A DNA stretch of 60,920 nt, filler included, from Basidioascus undulatus (taxonomy: Eukaryota): assembly GCA_000826855.1 (NCBI GenBank). It is 7 parts of 7 records of this genome, joined end to end, with 100 filler letters (N's around TTAATTAATTAA, not from the genome) between each part and the next. Parts side by side here need not be neighbours in the genome. Positions count along the whole stretch, not along the records: positions 8,735 to 17,365 come from JTLS01001362.1; positions 17,466 to 26,084 come from JTLS01001363.1; 5 more parts are not named here. One strand, given 5' to 3'. Every line of letters begins with the position of its first letter. Position 1 is the first letter of the stretch. The notes under the pieces were generated by a model. It had not been told where the DNA came from and did not search any database. It saw nothing but the letters and a program-made list of their open reading frames with translations. The position numbers were made by a program, and so were the translations under genes. Shown in pieces: positions 10,757 to 23,896 of this stretch.

Positions 10757-11999
10757 ATGTATTGTATATGGAAAGGATCTCCTCGTGTAAACTGCAGTTC
10801 ACCAGCTACGTGTGAATTTGCAAACACTTCAGTAGCCATATCTACCTTCCATTCACTGATGCAATCAGCGAGAAAATTTCGTCGTTCTTCTTTACAATCT
10901 GCACCAGGAGGCCACCCCTCACCCTCGTTTGGGGAGAGAACAGGTTGTCCGGGTACCTTGAACTCACCTGTAGGGCTCGCAGAAGGTATCTGGGGCCCTT
11001 GAAAAGTTTGTGCGACTGATTGATGACATTCCCAAGGTCCTTGGAGACCCGCTATAAGATGGAACAGCTGTAAGCTGGATGCCTTATGGCGGCCGGATTC
11101 GAGGTTGAGCATCGGCATCAACTACAGGCCCAATTCAGTGTACGGCAACCGGTAATATTCTGATCAGATCCAAACTGATAACACCCATACTTGCGGTGTA
11201 AGCAATGGGTAGATACCACATTAACGCCATTGCCGCTTTGGCAGTCTCTAAAGCCCAGGTCACCGCGCAACCTTTGGCCTTCATTTGGCTCAGAGCGCCT
11301 CAAAAGTTCAACATAAGAGAAGATGCATGGTTTCCAAGCCTATCACAAGTCCTGCACCCCAGACCCCACCGCCCGTGGTGGAACAATACCGTATCGCAAA
11401 TCATAAGCACATGAAGAACATTGACCCGCCGAAAGGATCCTGAAGTAAGATCCCCTTCTGCACGAGCAGTAGAGCCAGCTTCGTATGGCCCAAATCTCCT
11501 CTCGTGCATCGTCTCAAGATCTGCGAAGCTGAACTTCTGTAGCTGAACTCGGAGGCGCCTGCGCGTGAGGGTCTGGGAGAATTGCGTAGCTGCCCGAATG
11601 CTCCGACATGTCGTAATTACTGAACGTGAGCTTGATCTCGCCCAAAGCAGAGTGGACCAGGCCTTTGCGAAATCGAGCAGGGGGCCCGATGTCAGACAGG
11701 CTTGGCGTCTCTAGCTTTGGGCATAGCTGGCCGAGGCCCGGTAGGTAGGTCGATTGTGCGTTCAAGCTCTACTCGAACAGGTTGAGCTGCTTCAGCTCGG
11801 ATCGAATGCTGATCAGTAAGGCCGTTGCCGAGAAGCAGGCGCTGGGTAAATTCGCGCCGTGCAGGACGAAGTTGAGCGAAATCAATGCAGGGATACGCTA
11901 TTGTGAAAGGCAACACGCGAAGCTGCCGGCAGAGGCTCAATTTGCGATCCAGTACAAGCGCTGGAGACGAGGCAAGTTCAAGCTGGGGAGCCGATCTGT

Positions 12000-12760
12000 G
12001 TCCGGATCATTGTTTGACCCGTTGAGGGTCAAGCGAGGCAGCTCCCACATGGCATGGCGATCCCGTTGATGTAAAAGTCGTGGTTTTTGGTGTGGACCAT
12101 TGGGGTGAAGAGCTCGAGCGGCATCTTGTGCGCGGCCTTGTACCCGTGGAGAGCTGAGGAAACAGTGTGCGCGGTATCGGAGGGATAGTATTCGAGCGTA
12201 GACGCGATATGGGATTTGCAAGCTCCTGCACCCAATAGCACTTTGGGTTGGTCTGCCTTCCAAATTGTGTGTTCTCATTCCTCACCTGAGAGAAGAGCTT
12301 CTTGACATCCACCATATAGTAGACGTTCCCGATGATGCCGACTTGTCAAAGGGGAGTTGCCCCCAGCCTGAACTCTGTCTGCAGCCGACGCCGGTATGCG
12401 CGTACCTAAGGACCCCAACACCTATAAGATGTGACCAGAATGCAGATAACTCAGTACGAGGCACACTCACACCTTCTTAATAGACAGCCAGTTCTTGATA
12501 CCCAGCTGCTCGATGACCCACGACAATGTTTTCCGAGCGGACAGCGACAGCCGTGGCTTTGGGAGAGACATAAGGATATCGGCCAGGAGAGACTTTGGTG
12601 TGAAGGTAAGATATAGCGAATAGCAACTCAGTGAAGTGCAAACATACTTCGCAAGAAGGGTATGGGTAGCAGCGGTCGGCAAAGCCAAGTCCTAGCCCAG
12701 ATCGTCTCGATAGTCGTGACGCAGATTGAGAATCACTGCGAATACAGAAATACAATGCGC
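12000..12760 (-). mobile_element. Degenerate fragment of a basidiomycete transposase-like protein family
   Basis: Broken frames give YPYPSCE/SLLADILMSLPKPRLS...WVIEQLGIKNW, then QELANPIS, LEYYPSDT and LFTPMVHTKNHDFYI. These resemble the ELANP/FYPED/TPMV/DFYI motifs of a repetitive family common in rust and agaric genomes. Frameshifts and stops are present; superfamily is uncertain. Confidence 0.45.
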
Positions 12761-13705
12761 AGAAAATCATGCGCATTAATCCATGCAGTTGAAGGTACCA
12801 TACACGAGTCACAACCCGAACCTTCATCCCCACCCTCCGCACCCTCTCAGCCCTCGCTCACCAGGCCGACATGGGTTTGAACATTCCTATCTGCTCGATA
12901 CATTTTCACTTAGTTTTCCTGGGTGAAATGCATGTCGAATGCCGTGGCAGGCACCTGCATGAAGAAGGTGAGCGTCACAAGGACCGAAATCATCTTGCTG
13001 CAACGTCCTTCAACAAGGCCAAACAACATGCCCTGCCTGCCCTTGCGCACCAGGGACGTCGAGTGTTGCTGTCTTTCGAGCGGAAAGGGAATCTGTTTAC
13101 CTGTTTCTGTTTACCTGTTACATTTATACTACCCAGTATTTCCTCTAATTCTATAAACTGAGGGCCGCTACCGCAAGCGAATCCATCGGTCCCATCCACA
13201 CCGTCCGACGGCCTTGCTCTTCGTTGGAGGGATGCAAGGCTAGGCAAGGCGTCGCAAGTCATACATCCTGTGCACTCCTCGTTGGCTTTTAAGAAGTTAA
13301 TTATAATACCTTAGGTTATTCTCCAGCTCGCGTGCCCATGTCAGTGTGTAGAACCGACTTCTGTTCGGACAGCTAATGCCGCGACTTCGAGGCGCGAGTT
13401 CAAACGGAGCAAGCCTGAAGCAGGCAGTGCCTCTACTAATAGATATGGAAATTATGAAGCAGTCTTGTCGTTCCGCTGGGGACAAGACTGCCCAGGTCTG
13501 GAGTCGGAGAGACTCTAGTTTGGCGGCACGAGTGTGTGTGTTTGTGTGTGTGTGTTTGAAAGAGGAACAGTGACGGGTCGGTGTCCGAAAAGGCAAATCG
13601 ACGCGGACTCAAGCTGATCGTCCTCCCTTTCTGCCACCATCATCTCTTCCGTCCTCAGTCATTACCAAATAGGCTCTGACTTGTCATCGGCTATACTATT
13701 CGACC

Positions 13706-14686
13706 ATGGATCTCCGCCTTGCCAACGAGACCCTCCGAAACATCTTCGAAGTGCTCCACGACGACGACCAGGTCGGGGATAACGCGGACCTCAAAGCAGT
13801 CCGCCTTAACGAGGCGGCAATTTATTCCTTGTCGTGTTTCGGGATCGCTGCCGACAGAAATGGGTGTACAGGATGTCAGCACACCTGCCTTTTATCGCAC
13901 AGTCCGTCTACGGACACGCGAATCGATCATTGCTCTGCACGATTGTCTTATCGACCTGAGCATCCGCGGAGAGCCTCCCGGATCTCATATCCGTCGGCTC
14001 ATCTTTCCAGACGCAGACCTTAGCGCCGGTCTCATCGACAGTCATATACACGTTTCAAGCATTCTCGCTCACCCAATTTCGCTTCACGTGGTCCTGCCGC
14101 GCTTTATGCGCTGGTTCAGCACGTTCACTCAACCCTCACATCGTTCACGATCTCCGTCGGCTCGCCCGATGGTCGAGTCTTCGATCTACTGTCGAAACTG
14201 TCCTCTCTCAAATACCTGGATCTCACGCACGAGCAAAGGAGCGAATCCACGACCTTTCCTGCGTCCGCCGCTCCTCCTCTGATTCTTCCGCATCTCGAAG
14301 CATTTCGCTGTCTTGCGACACATACACCCACGCAGGGCTTTCTCGACACGCTCGCGCGGGCGCACTTCCCTTCCGTCCTCCAGGTCGACCTGTGTCTACT
14401 GAAGCTTCGTGACCCCGAGGGTATTCTGTCATTCATGAGAAGGCATGGTGACACGATAGAACAGCTCACGCTGCAACTCTATCCATTAGCGGCCATCAAT
14501 ACGGCCCTATCTGCTGTTCGCCGTTTGGCACTTCATGGGCTTCTTCTGCACGCATTCGCCAACTTGCTCTCCACAGGGCAGCTACCGCGAGTGGACCTGC
14601 ATGCTCCTCGGCACCGGGGGCAGCTCCATGATGGGAGCGAACAGGGGCCCCGCCATAGTCCCCCGCAAGCGGCTATTCGCGACTAA
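13706..14686 (+). pseudogene. F-box/RNI-like hypothetical protein, frameshifted
   Basis: MDLRLANETLRNIFEVL (F-box-like start). TPAFYRTVRLRTRESIIALHDCL...PGSHIRRLIF lies in a second frame and LRR-like fragments in further frames. Confidence 0.45.
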
Positions 14687-17365
14687 GGACCAGGCTCGCG
14701 AGGCCTTCTGCTTCAGCATGCGACTGGTGACCGGGGATAGCCCCGACGCGTACGTCCCATGGGAGCCTTACGAACCCTTCTTTACGATCGTGGCACCCTG
14801 TGCCAAAGCGGCGGGAAACGCTTCAGATCTAATGGGGCATGACAGACGCTCCCTTTCATACCGCGATTATGCTCGCACACCTTCGCGTTTTTGTGCAGGA
14901 TTCAGTGCACACGGTCGTGCGTCTCGAAATCACAAACCGTGCGAGCGAGGAGGACCATTCCGGGTTTCTTCATCCGTCGCATGCAAGCATAGGACGGAGA
15001 GTCGGGACACGCAGGGCTCGCGACGGCCTGGGAGACGCATCTGGAGGATCAGAGCATCAGGTGGGAACAGCTATGCCCTGCATTGGTGTAATTGCAGTGC
15101 ATCCGTATCTCACGTAACGCTGATGCGGCGCTGTCTGCTTTCTCCCTTGATCGACAGCAAGACTACATCCTTCGGCCCTCAACCATGTTTAATTTCCAGC
15201 GGTTTGGTACCTCAAGCGACTTCGAGCGCCTTTCGCAGGACCACCGATAGTACCAGCGCTGCCACACCCGGCGGCCCGGGACGACACGCCAGATCGCGGC
15301 TGTGTGTACCCAACTGCGCAAGTGAAGCTGGGTCCAGCTCGGGATATACAGCGAGGGGAACAGGATGCCGCATTCATTCGTCTGGGGAGAGCTCGAAAAT
15401 GGAGGTCAAGTGAGGATGTGGTGGATGCATCCTCCGGCGGAGATGGAATTGCCCGGGCCTCAATACGGAGACACTGTGAGCGATGATGGGAAGTATGGGG
15501 CGGAGTTTGGTTCGTGGTGGGGTTCATTGAAGTGGGACATCCATTTTTTCGCGTTTGCGGATGCATATCTATATGGGTCATCAGCTGTGCCTGTGCTGAA
15601 AGTAACGGTCCCCAACCAACCCTTTGGCGACCTCGATTCAAAAGGCCCGCACCGCTGATCACCACTCTCGATAAGACCCAATGAAAATAATCCGTGGACA
15701 ATTCTTAGGTGTTCTACACAGGCAGGTTCCTGGTGTGCATTGTGCGGCGAGCCCGTCGATAGTCACGCTGCTGTCGCACGCGTGCCGGGTTGTCCGTTTG
15801 GGCGGTGACCGTATGATTCGGCGGAACTACAGAATCAACAACCACATTAGCAAGAGACCTAATGGAGTGTTCTGAGGTTTCTTTCTTTTTGGTTTCTAAC
15901 GCTTGGTGCAAAACCGAGGTTTGTCGGCGGCGGGGCGAGCGATCCTGAGGCGGAACTTCGTCGCGAAGTCCGAACTCGCCCTTCAGCGCGGGCGTTCCTT
16001 GATGATGGGCGAGGAAAAGCACAAGTTAATGCTTCAGCTTTTCCTCCTTACACCATTCAAATGGAATGCCCCAGATCCAGCTACGTTGTCCACTACGCAG
16101 ATGAGCACCAGGCCCGGCTGGGCAACGTTCGCCTCTCGCTGTCTTGTGATGCCTGAACTATCCCTGACAAGTCCGAGAAACTTTTACGAGACTCTTTGAT
16201 CAACAGGTTACAACGTAGACCGTCCCTCGCACGCAAGGCAGCTTGCTCGTCCTCCACTGCAGTACTGCTAAACTTCATAGTCCCGGCAAGCGGAAATTAA
16301 CAATGAGCCTATGTGGTCTCTCCAGCCGCTCGGCCTAAAGGCAGAGCATGGACTAATTCACCTCGTGCCTGTAATTGATCAAGATCCTTTACCACTGCGC
16401 GGCTTCTTCGCCCGGTAGCGCGACCCCCATTCCTGATGAGCCTCCAGACTATCGAAGCCGATGCGTCCGCAAGGGCCCACAGCGAGCTGCATACCAGAAG
16501 ATGTGCTTGATTTGATTCAGAGGAATGGACAACGTTGAGGGGGATAGTGAGGTGTGAGTCGGTATCGAGTCTCCAGCGCTTGCGTGGGGAAGCAGAAACT
16601 TGCAGGTGGAGCTCTAACCGAACTTGGGGTTTCTCCAGTTTCTGTTTCTGCCCGTCCTCTAGCAGCCCACCATTCACCGTATTGTAGCTGACTGTGAAGT
16701 CCACAGTCTGCGCTCCGCGCCTGCGACACGAGTCCTGCCGGACTCTGAGCTTTCCGATGTGCTCTCGAAAGGGTAAGGAGGCACCTGCTCTCTCTTGTCC
16801 ACTCCACTCGACCAGATCCGACTCTGATTCCAAACTACTGTCCATCTCCGGCATCCCTCTGAGCGTGAGCGGGCTCGCGCTCTTGCATCGGCACTGCTGT
16901 AGTTCGCCCGTCACCCCAACGAGGGCAGGTCGCTCGACCGTCGAATCGAGCAGGATGATGAGAATCGCATGTAATGCGGAGATATCAAAATGCATATGTA
17001 TGGCGTTGATGTAGGCTTGTGGGAGTTGGTATGCGTGTTGGGAGGGGAGGGCGTGTATGGTCGAATGTGTCTATCGATGTGTGCGAGTCTAGAGTCTATG
17101 TGCGATACGAGCGTACGAAGAATAAAATAGTGTTCTATGGTCTATGTCTAAGTGGTATGGTATAAAAGTGTCTAGTCTACGTGCGAGGGTACGCAACTGC
17201 AACGGAACGGAAACGAAACCCAGCATGGAAAGCGACGAAAGTGTCCTCATCCCCCAACCGCTACTGGACGAGCCCCCTCTCCCTCCCCATCCCCTCCCCC
17301 CATCCTCCCCCTCCCCCTCTCCCCCAGCCGCAGTACGCTTCTGGCGGGAGGGGTGGCTCGGCGAA

Positions 17366-17465
17366 NNNNNNNNNNNNNNNNNNNNNNNNNNNNNNNNNNN
17401 NNNNNNNNNTTAATTAATTAANNNNNNNNNNNNNNNNNNNNNNNNNNNNNNNNNNNNNNNNNNNN
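17366..17465. other. Artificial contig linker
   Basis: N44-TTAATTAATTAA-N44. Confidence 0.99.
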
Positions 17466-18444
17466 ACCCAAGCGCTCAACAACTTCTCCACCACCACGCT
17501 CTCCCTCTACTTCGAGTCCACCAAAGACGCGCTCTACAACGACTCCGCGGTGTCGCTGCACCGCCGCTCGATCGTCACTGTCTTGCAGCACGTGCGTCTT
17601 CCCCTCCCTCCCCTCTCTGATGCCCTCTTCATCTTCGACCATCTGATGCTGGGGAGGGATCCAGGTACTCCGCATCTACCTCTCCGTCATCGCACCCATC
17701 GCGCCGCACCTGGCGGAGGAGATCGCACACTTCCGGGACACGGACGCGCCTGCGAAGCGCGTGGAGGACGTCGGGAAGCAGAGCGTGTTTGAGGAGGGGT
17801 GGCAGCGCGTCGACCCGCAGTGGCGCGATGAGGCCGTTGCGCAAGAGATGGAGCTGCTGTTGGACGTGCGGAACCAGTTAACCACGCTGCTGGAAGAGGC
17901 GCGGACGGCAAAGTGCGTCTGTTGAACGTCTTGTTTCCCCGGTCGTCGTGGTTGACCTGGCTGGATGGGGTGCTTGGAACCCGAAAAACAGGAAGCTCAA
18001 GACCTCCCTTGAGGCTGAGGTCGACATCGTGCTGTCCGACAAAGTCGCGCCCTCCCACCGCGCCCTGCTCGAGAAGCACGGTACGTGCAGTCCCTGCCTC
18101 ATCTATTAGTCGACCCAAGGAACCCAATCTTGCTGCCCCGCACAGCCCACGTCCTTCCCAAGCTCCTCGTCGTCTCCGACGCTTCCCTCTCCTCCACCCC
18201 GCCCTCCCCAGCCTGGTCCTTCTCTGCACCCGCTCCGGCGCTCCCAGGTCCGTTATCTTCTGCACTTCGCATTCTCCAACTGAGCGATGGCTAACAGCAC
18301 ACGATGTTATGCTGGCCAGGCGTCACCCTCGTCATCCGACCGAGCACACGGCACAAGTGCCCCCGGTGCTGGGCGTTCACGCGCGCAGAAACGGAGGGCA
18401 TGTGTGGGCGGTGTGCGGATGTGCTTCAGGGCAGGAGCGGTTGA
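17466..18444 (+). CDS. ISM1: Isoleucyl-tRNA synthetase, mitochondrial type (3' part)
   Basis: Spliced reading gives LSLYFESTKDALYNDSAVSLHRRSIVTVLQH/VLRIYLSVIAPIAPHLAEEI (anticodon-binding domain), KLKTSLEAEV and a C-terminal zinc finger HKCPRCWAFTRAETEGMCGRCADVL. Stop at 18442-18444. Confidence 0.9.
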
Positions 18445-18841
18445 GCAGGCATGCATTTGTGAGTGAAGAACGAGCGTGCGGTCGCGCCGGGATGGCCGAG
18501 AAGATGCGGAAGATCCTGGCTTTCATTACGTCCACCCTCCGCTTAGATCTCCGAGGCTCAGAGGGACTTTTTCAATACAAACGGGTGCAGCATCGCAATG
18601 GTGTAGCTTGATGCGGAAGAGAGATGAAGGGCGGGAACGGCAAATTTAACCAGTTGCTTGCGTGTGTCGATGGCTGCGTGCAACGGGCTCGTCTGCCTGC
18701 GATCCGGTCCCGCCGTTCCCATCTCATACTGAATTCCGACAGAAAACAGAAATTCTATGTATCCGTTTTATGTATGGTATGCTGGGGATTCTGATCCGAT
18801 CCGCACCACCCTCTGAGCAACCCCAGGCCTGCCCCTTACCT

Positions 18842-19603
18842 TTACTCAGCGCACTTCACTTCCCGCGCCATAACCGGCCACTCGAGCACTTCTCCCTCAT
18901 GTTCCGCCTTGCCCCACGCAGCCTCCGCAAAATCATGCTTCTTGTACAGCCCCTGCCCAGCTGGGCTGCTGCTCAGATAGCAAGGCAGGCCGTCGGCGTC
19001 GGCACGGGCGGTGCCGTCCGCGAGGAGGAGGGAGGCGATGCCCCGCCCTGTGTGCTGAGGAAATGTGCAAGGCGGTCTAGATACCTGTGAGTGAAATCAG
19101 AGGGGTAAATAAGGGTGATGAGGGAGAAAGGGAGGTGTGAAGATAGATGGAACGGATCAGTATGAGCTACGCCCGCCCATCAGTTCTTCTTTCAGCCTCT
19201 TATTCTCGTCCAAGAACCGCGTCCTAAACTCGACATTCACCCCCCCATCCTCTCCTTCCCCCTCCGCCCCCTTCACCAGCACCCCAGGCGGCTTATTCTC
19301 CGCCGCGTCCGGCCCCTTGCCGAGGACCTTCCTCCACTTGGCCATCCCCACGATCACCTCCTCTCCCCCTTCCTCGACCGTCGCCTTGACTAACCGCACC
19401 CCCTCCCGCTCGGCGCTCTTTACCTCCCCCTTCCGTCGGGTGATGGCACGCGCCAGCTGCGTCTGGAATGGTGGGCGACGCGCAGGCGGGGCGACGAGCA
19501 GTGGCATCGTGTCGTCCGCGAAGGCGCGGAGCTCGAGGTGGCAGAGCCAGGAGACGTCTGTTACATTGACGGGGTAGACGCGGACCTTCTGGGGGGAGAC
19601 CAT
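18842..19603 (-). pseudogene. GNAT-family N-acetyltransferase, pseudogene
   Basis: Exon 1 contains IVGMAKW; exon 2 has YLDRLA..FPQHTGRGIASLLL...ADADGLPCYLSSSPAGQGLYKKHDF. The expected donor GTCCGT reads ATCCGT at 19157 (giving an in-frame TGA), and there is a 1-nt frameshift near 19065. Confidence 0.75.
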
Positions 19604-19658
19604 GGTGGCCTTGGTTCGGTGTTGTAGGATGGAAGGAGGTGAGCTAGAGGAGGTTTCA

Positions 19659-20215
19659 ATGTGGAAGCAAAGAGAAGACGTCCGATGCCCCGGACCGGCG
19701 AGGTGGGAAATATACCGCCTGCAACACGGTAGGGCCGCTGCAGTCCTCCCCTTTCATCATCAAGCTCGAGACCTACCTGCGGTTCGCCTCCTTCCCCTAC
19801 AAGACCGCCGAAGTCACGACCTGACCGCGGCCCCGCGCCACAAGGTCCCTACCGCACCATCGACGACACGCACACCTTCTCCGACTCGCAACTCATCATC
19901 GACCGCGTCCTCCGCCCCTTGGCTGTACGGGCACGGCATTGGGCGGTACACCGACGCTGAGATCGTCGAGGCGCCGAGGAGGGCTTCCGGGCGCTCGCGG
20001 CGCTGCTGACGGGGAAGGAGTGGGTGCTGGGGACTGAGGGACCGGCGAGCCGGGACGCTGCCATGTTTGGGGCGGTCGTTATGTACTTGCAGTGGCAGGA
20101 AATCGGAGGGGAGGTCTCGCCTTGAATGAGTGAGGCGGAGGAGGTTAAGCAGCTGAGGGACTGGGTGAGGAAGGTGCTGGTCGGCTGGTTCAAAGAGTTC
20201 GAGGTGGTTTTTTGA
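19659..20215 (+). pseudogene. Failed-axon-connections/metaxin-like GST-fold protein, pseudogene
   Basis: Fragments PFIIKLETYLRFASFPY, APRHKVP, FSDSQLIID, LYGHGIGRYTDAEI and ALAALLTGKEWVLGTEGPASRDAAMFG occur in shifting frames, with an internal deletion and a premature stop. Confidence 0.7.
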
Positions 20216-20229
20216 GCAGACGATCCGCC

Positions 20230-20865
20230 CATGAACATGAAGCCGTGCTTGTGGTATGAAGCTTGTCTGAAGAGCACGGAGACCGGAGTACTTCCTCTTC
20301 CCGGCTATTGCTGCAAATGACCGTCTCTAAGGTGAGTTCAAATGGTCAATTCAATTGGTTATGTCGATGAATCCTTCTATACAGCCCCGCAGCAAGTGGG
20401 ACAACTCGACGATCACAAAGCTCTTCCACAAGTTCGTCCGGACGCCGGTCTCCTCGAAGGCCGCCTCGGCACGTTCACCAGCCACGCTCCTCGTCGTGGT
20501 CCAGCTCAGCACCACTTTATTTACCGGATCGAGTACGGTCTCCCAAACATGTCCTTGCGGCTGTGAAGTGGTGGGGAGCATGGTCGGACGACGACAAGAA
20601 GGTGAGCCCGCCGCTTTCCTCGTACCCCAGCACGCAGCGCAACAGCTTGCACTGACACTCTGCCGTCTGTTTGTAGAAGGATGTTCTCGTCAAGTATTTG
20701 CTCGAGGCCTTCGCAAAGTACGAGAAGTCCCACGGCGACTTCTTCTCGCCGGACCTCCGCAGCAAGAATGGCATGTTCGCGTCCGGCGGCATCGCCGACT
20801 CGCCCGCCACTGCAGCTAAGGTCAAGCACGCGACCGAGCAGGCCGTCGTCCACGAAATACAATAG
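20230..20865 (+). mobile_element. Relic of a tyrosine recombinase (Crypton-like) catalytic domain
   Basis: In order: YFLFPAIAAND, (intron) ITKLFHKF, AGLLEGRLGTFTSHAPRRGPAQHHF (HxxR, His at 20483), SL-AAVKWWGAWS (frameshift), then an intron at 20602-20676 and KDVLVKYLLEAFAKYE (catalytic Tyr position). Confidence 0.65.
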
Positions 20866-23800
20866 GAGAGCAACAAGCTGCTGCGTCATATTGACGCGCG
20901 TCTCAAAGTCCTGACGCAGACGGTCGCGAGCATGGGCGCGATGCTTGCGGATTCGCAGCGAGGCGCAGACGCCTCAATGGTTTCACTCTCTTCTCCGTAT
21001 GTCTATCGACTATCTCTCCCAGTTTCCTTGCTCATTATGTTCACTTGTTGCGCAACAAATAGCGTCCCCTTCCTCCGCTCCCCCGGCCTTCAACCTCCCC
21101 ACTCCCTCCCCTTCAGCCCTTCCCACATCCCCCTCGCTCGAAGCCCTCCTCCCCTCTCCTCGCTCTGCTCAGCACTCCAGCACCCTCAACATCAGGGGAA
21201 GGACTTGAAAGACGGAGGGGAGGATGCGCTAGGCGCCGGGGTCGACGACGGGGAAGCCGTGCAGGGTGAGCGCGGCGGAGCGGAGGTCGAGCGAGGGAGG
21301 ACGGAGTAGGGGTTCTCGTCGACCGGAGGGAACTTGAGCTCTATGAAGTGAAAAGAAAATGAATCAGTAATCCTTCTCTGTTAGGCGTCGCTCGCAGGTC
21401 AGGCTGCCTACCTTTGGCAGACATGTCGATTCAGTTTACGAGTGCGGTGACTGGCGATACAAAAGAAGATGAATGTTTTTTCGTGCTATCAAGGAACGGC
21501 TAAGTACCAGACGAGGGATCGGGCTTCGGTACTCCTGCCACTGGCTCGCCGGCGTACACGGCCGCTCGGTCTCAGAACGCCTTCAGCGAGGCGGTGCGGT
21601 CTTCGGCACTGTTGCACCTTTCACCCTCCAGGGGGGATTCTGTTGGAATATTCATTATACCCAGTCTGTCTACCACACATCGTATTCTCTCGGTATTAAA
21701 TGAGCTGTTGAGGCTCGAACGAGCGCTGCCTGCAGCCTGACATGACCAACACAGAGAGACCAGCGAAAGCAAGGCTGCTAGAGTGGTAGGCGGACAGACT
21801 GTTACATCGTTGCGTAGGATGTATATTTGTTCTTTTTTTAGCAAGTTCCTTTGCGTGTACCTCCGTGCGGCCGGTCGGACGCGATGGTGCGGCATACTGC
21901 ATGCGCATGCGATGTGCACCGGCGCAGGTTGATTGTCAAGCTCGGCGGCCAAAGTTTTCTCCTGAATCTCTCACGAGCTGAAAGGATTAGTTCAGAGACC
22001 CAGAACCGAGACTGGAGGAGGAGGCAGGTGCTCGCCTGGCATGCACGCCGCAGCGCACTCGCAGGGTGCTCACAGCGGCAGTTCAGGTGCTTTTAGGCAC
22101 GATTGTCATGGCCTTGAGTACACGGAAGACGCTATCGTATACCCTTAAGCAGTGATATGTTGACAACAGATGTACCAGACGTCCAGAGCTGAGAGCGCCG
22201 TAACCTGCACCCACTCCCTCGCCGGCTACGGTCGATAACTGTTATGACTTGAACCCAGCGGCTCATTATCGTGACAAATTTGTCCCCAGCCAATCATGTA
22301 CGGAGATCAACGGAGACGACTGCAACGTGACGCATACCATGAATGTACACCGCTGGAAGGGCAGCAAGCCGGCAGTGTTATGACAAGCGGGCCGCGTTTC
22401 TGTAACGACGTCCGCAGATTGCGGAAGGGGTTCACAGCCCGAGCGTCAACAACACCCACATGTCTTCTGGCAACGTCTCAGCTCCATATCCTGAAGGTGT
22501 ATTGCTGTAAGCCTTCCAGAAAACATCGAGAAGGTTCATGATGTAATGAATGTGAAGAAGAAAAACACCACGTGGCCGACGCGCTGCCCTTACCCCACAT
22601 TTTGACCGATAAGCCTTCAAGGGACCAGGGCAGGACGCGGTAGCGTTGCACGAGGAACGACGAACTCGACTCCTTCCTTCTGTTTCTTCTGTAACCAGAA
22701 CGAGAGTGTACAAACAGCCAGAGGACATGAAAAGCTGCACAGGCGGTCCCGGTAGAGATCAACTGCCACGACCAGGCGAGGAGGCTATCATCGAACGCGT
22801 CGGTCGCGTTGGCCGGCGCGACGTAAATTGGCTGCGCGAACTGAGTCGGTCTGCGGTTGCTGTTGTGCAGCGACCCATCCGCGCCGGGCTTTCCGCGATG
22901 GAACGTACGGCGTCCAGCGCAGGATGCAGGTCATCGGCGTGCGTACGCTGGCATAAGGGCCAAGCTTGTGCGTGTTAAATTGGGCAGTTGAGGATCCCGC
23001 AGCTTCCTTTCCTTTGTGAGCACACTACCGGCATCCCCTTGACTCCGCCTTCCTTCTCTCTGCCTGACCCCTCGCTATACTCATATCCTCCCCCTTGTCC
23101 CCTTTCCTTTGCACTCCCATTATCCAGGCGCTCAGCGCGCGACTACTAACTCCCTATCCGTCCACACGGCGGCGATACACACAACTGGGTCGGCTCGGCC
23201 TCCTGTTGCGGCCGATAACATCGCAAACACACTCGCTCGCCAGAGCAACACACCCAACCCCCCTCGTCCGCGCCGGCTTGCACGCACGCCTTCCCAAGGT
23301 CTCCTCCCGCCCTCACACTTCTTCCCGCTCGAGCACACACGACCACCACCCGCTGCCCGCCGCCATTGCCGCCGCTGCTGCTTTTGAGGTCGGCGATCTA
23401 GAGGAGGGTGCTTGACGAGCTTGAGCTGGGGCGTTTCTTCTCAATACAATGTGAGTCGTCCTTATCTGAATGGGCGTGGTGACGGTGCGGTGGGCGACGT
23501 GCTCGCGGAGGGAGACTTGAGCGGACCGGTTGCGGCGGACGCTTCTCTGAGATTCCGAGCCGGGGTTCGTGATGTCGTGCGGACGTCCTCATGATCGTTC
23601 TCCACTTCACCGACCGCCATGGTCCCACAGGTAACGCCCCTAGAACCGTGAATACTGACCCCTCCCTCCCCGTTCTTCTTTTCAGATCTTCTCCCGACCC
23701 ATTCATCCCTACGGTATCTTCGTTTCACCTCCATCGGTACCCCCCGCCCATCCGCGTGAGTCTCCGCTTTCCATCCCCACAAATGGAACACTCTGTCGGG

Positions 23801-23896
23801 CCGTTTCAGCGGCCCGACTGTGGAATGGCTATCCTTCCCATCGGACAAGAGAGGACGCCATCTGACACCCTGCCTCCCCCTAGTCCTATCCCGACC

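Noticed and set aside
15300..17000. Several mid-length ORFs including 228 aa at 16309-16995
   Set aside because: No recognisable motifs or host-like codon bias. It may be a decayed gene, but I cannot support an assignment.
19085..19157. Non-canonical AT-AG intron rescuing the GNAT gene
   Set aside because: A separate frameshift in exon 2 makes a mutated GT donor in a pseudogene the simpler explanation.
23591..23896. N-terminal 102 aa of the 721-aa ORF
   Set aside because: The signal peptide starts at ATG 23897. The upstream part looks like UTR read-through, and the ORF also reads through introns.
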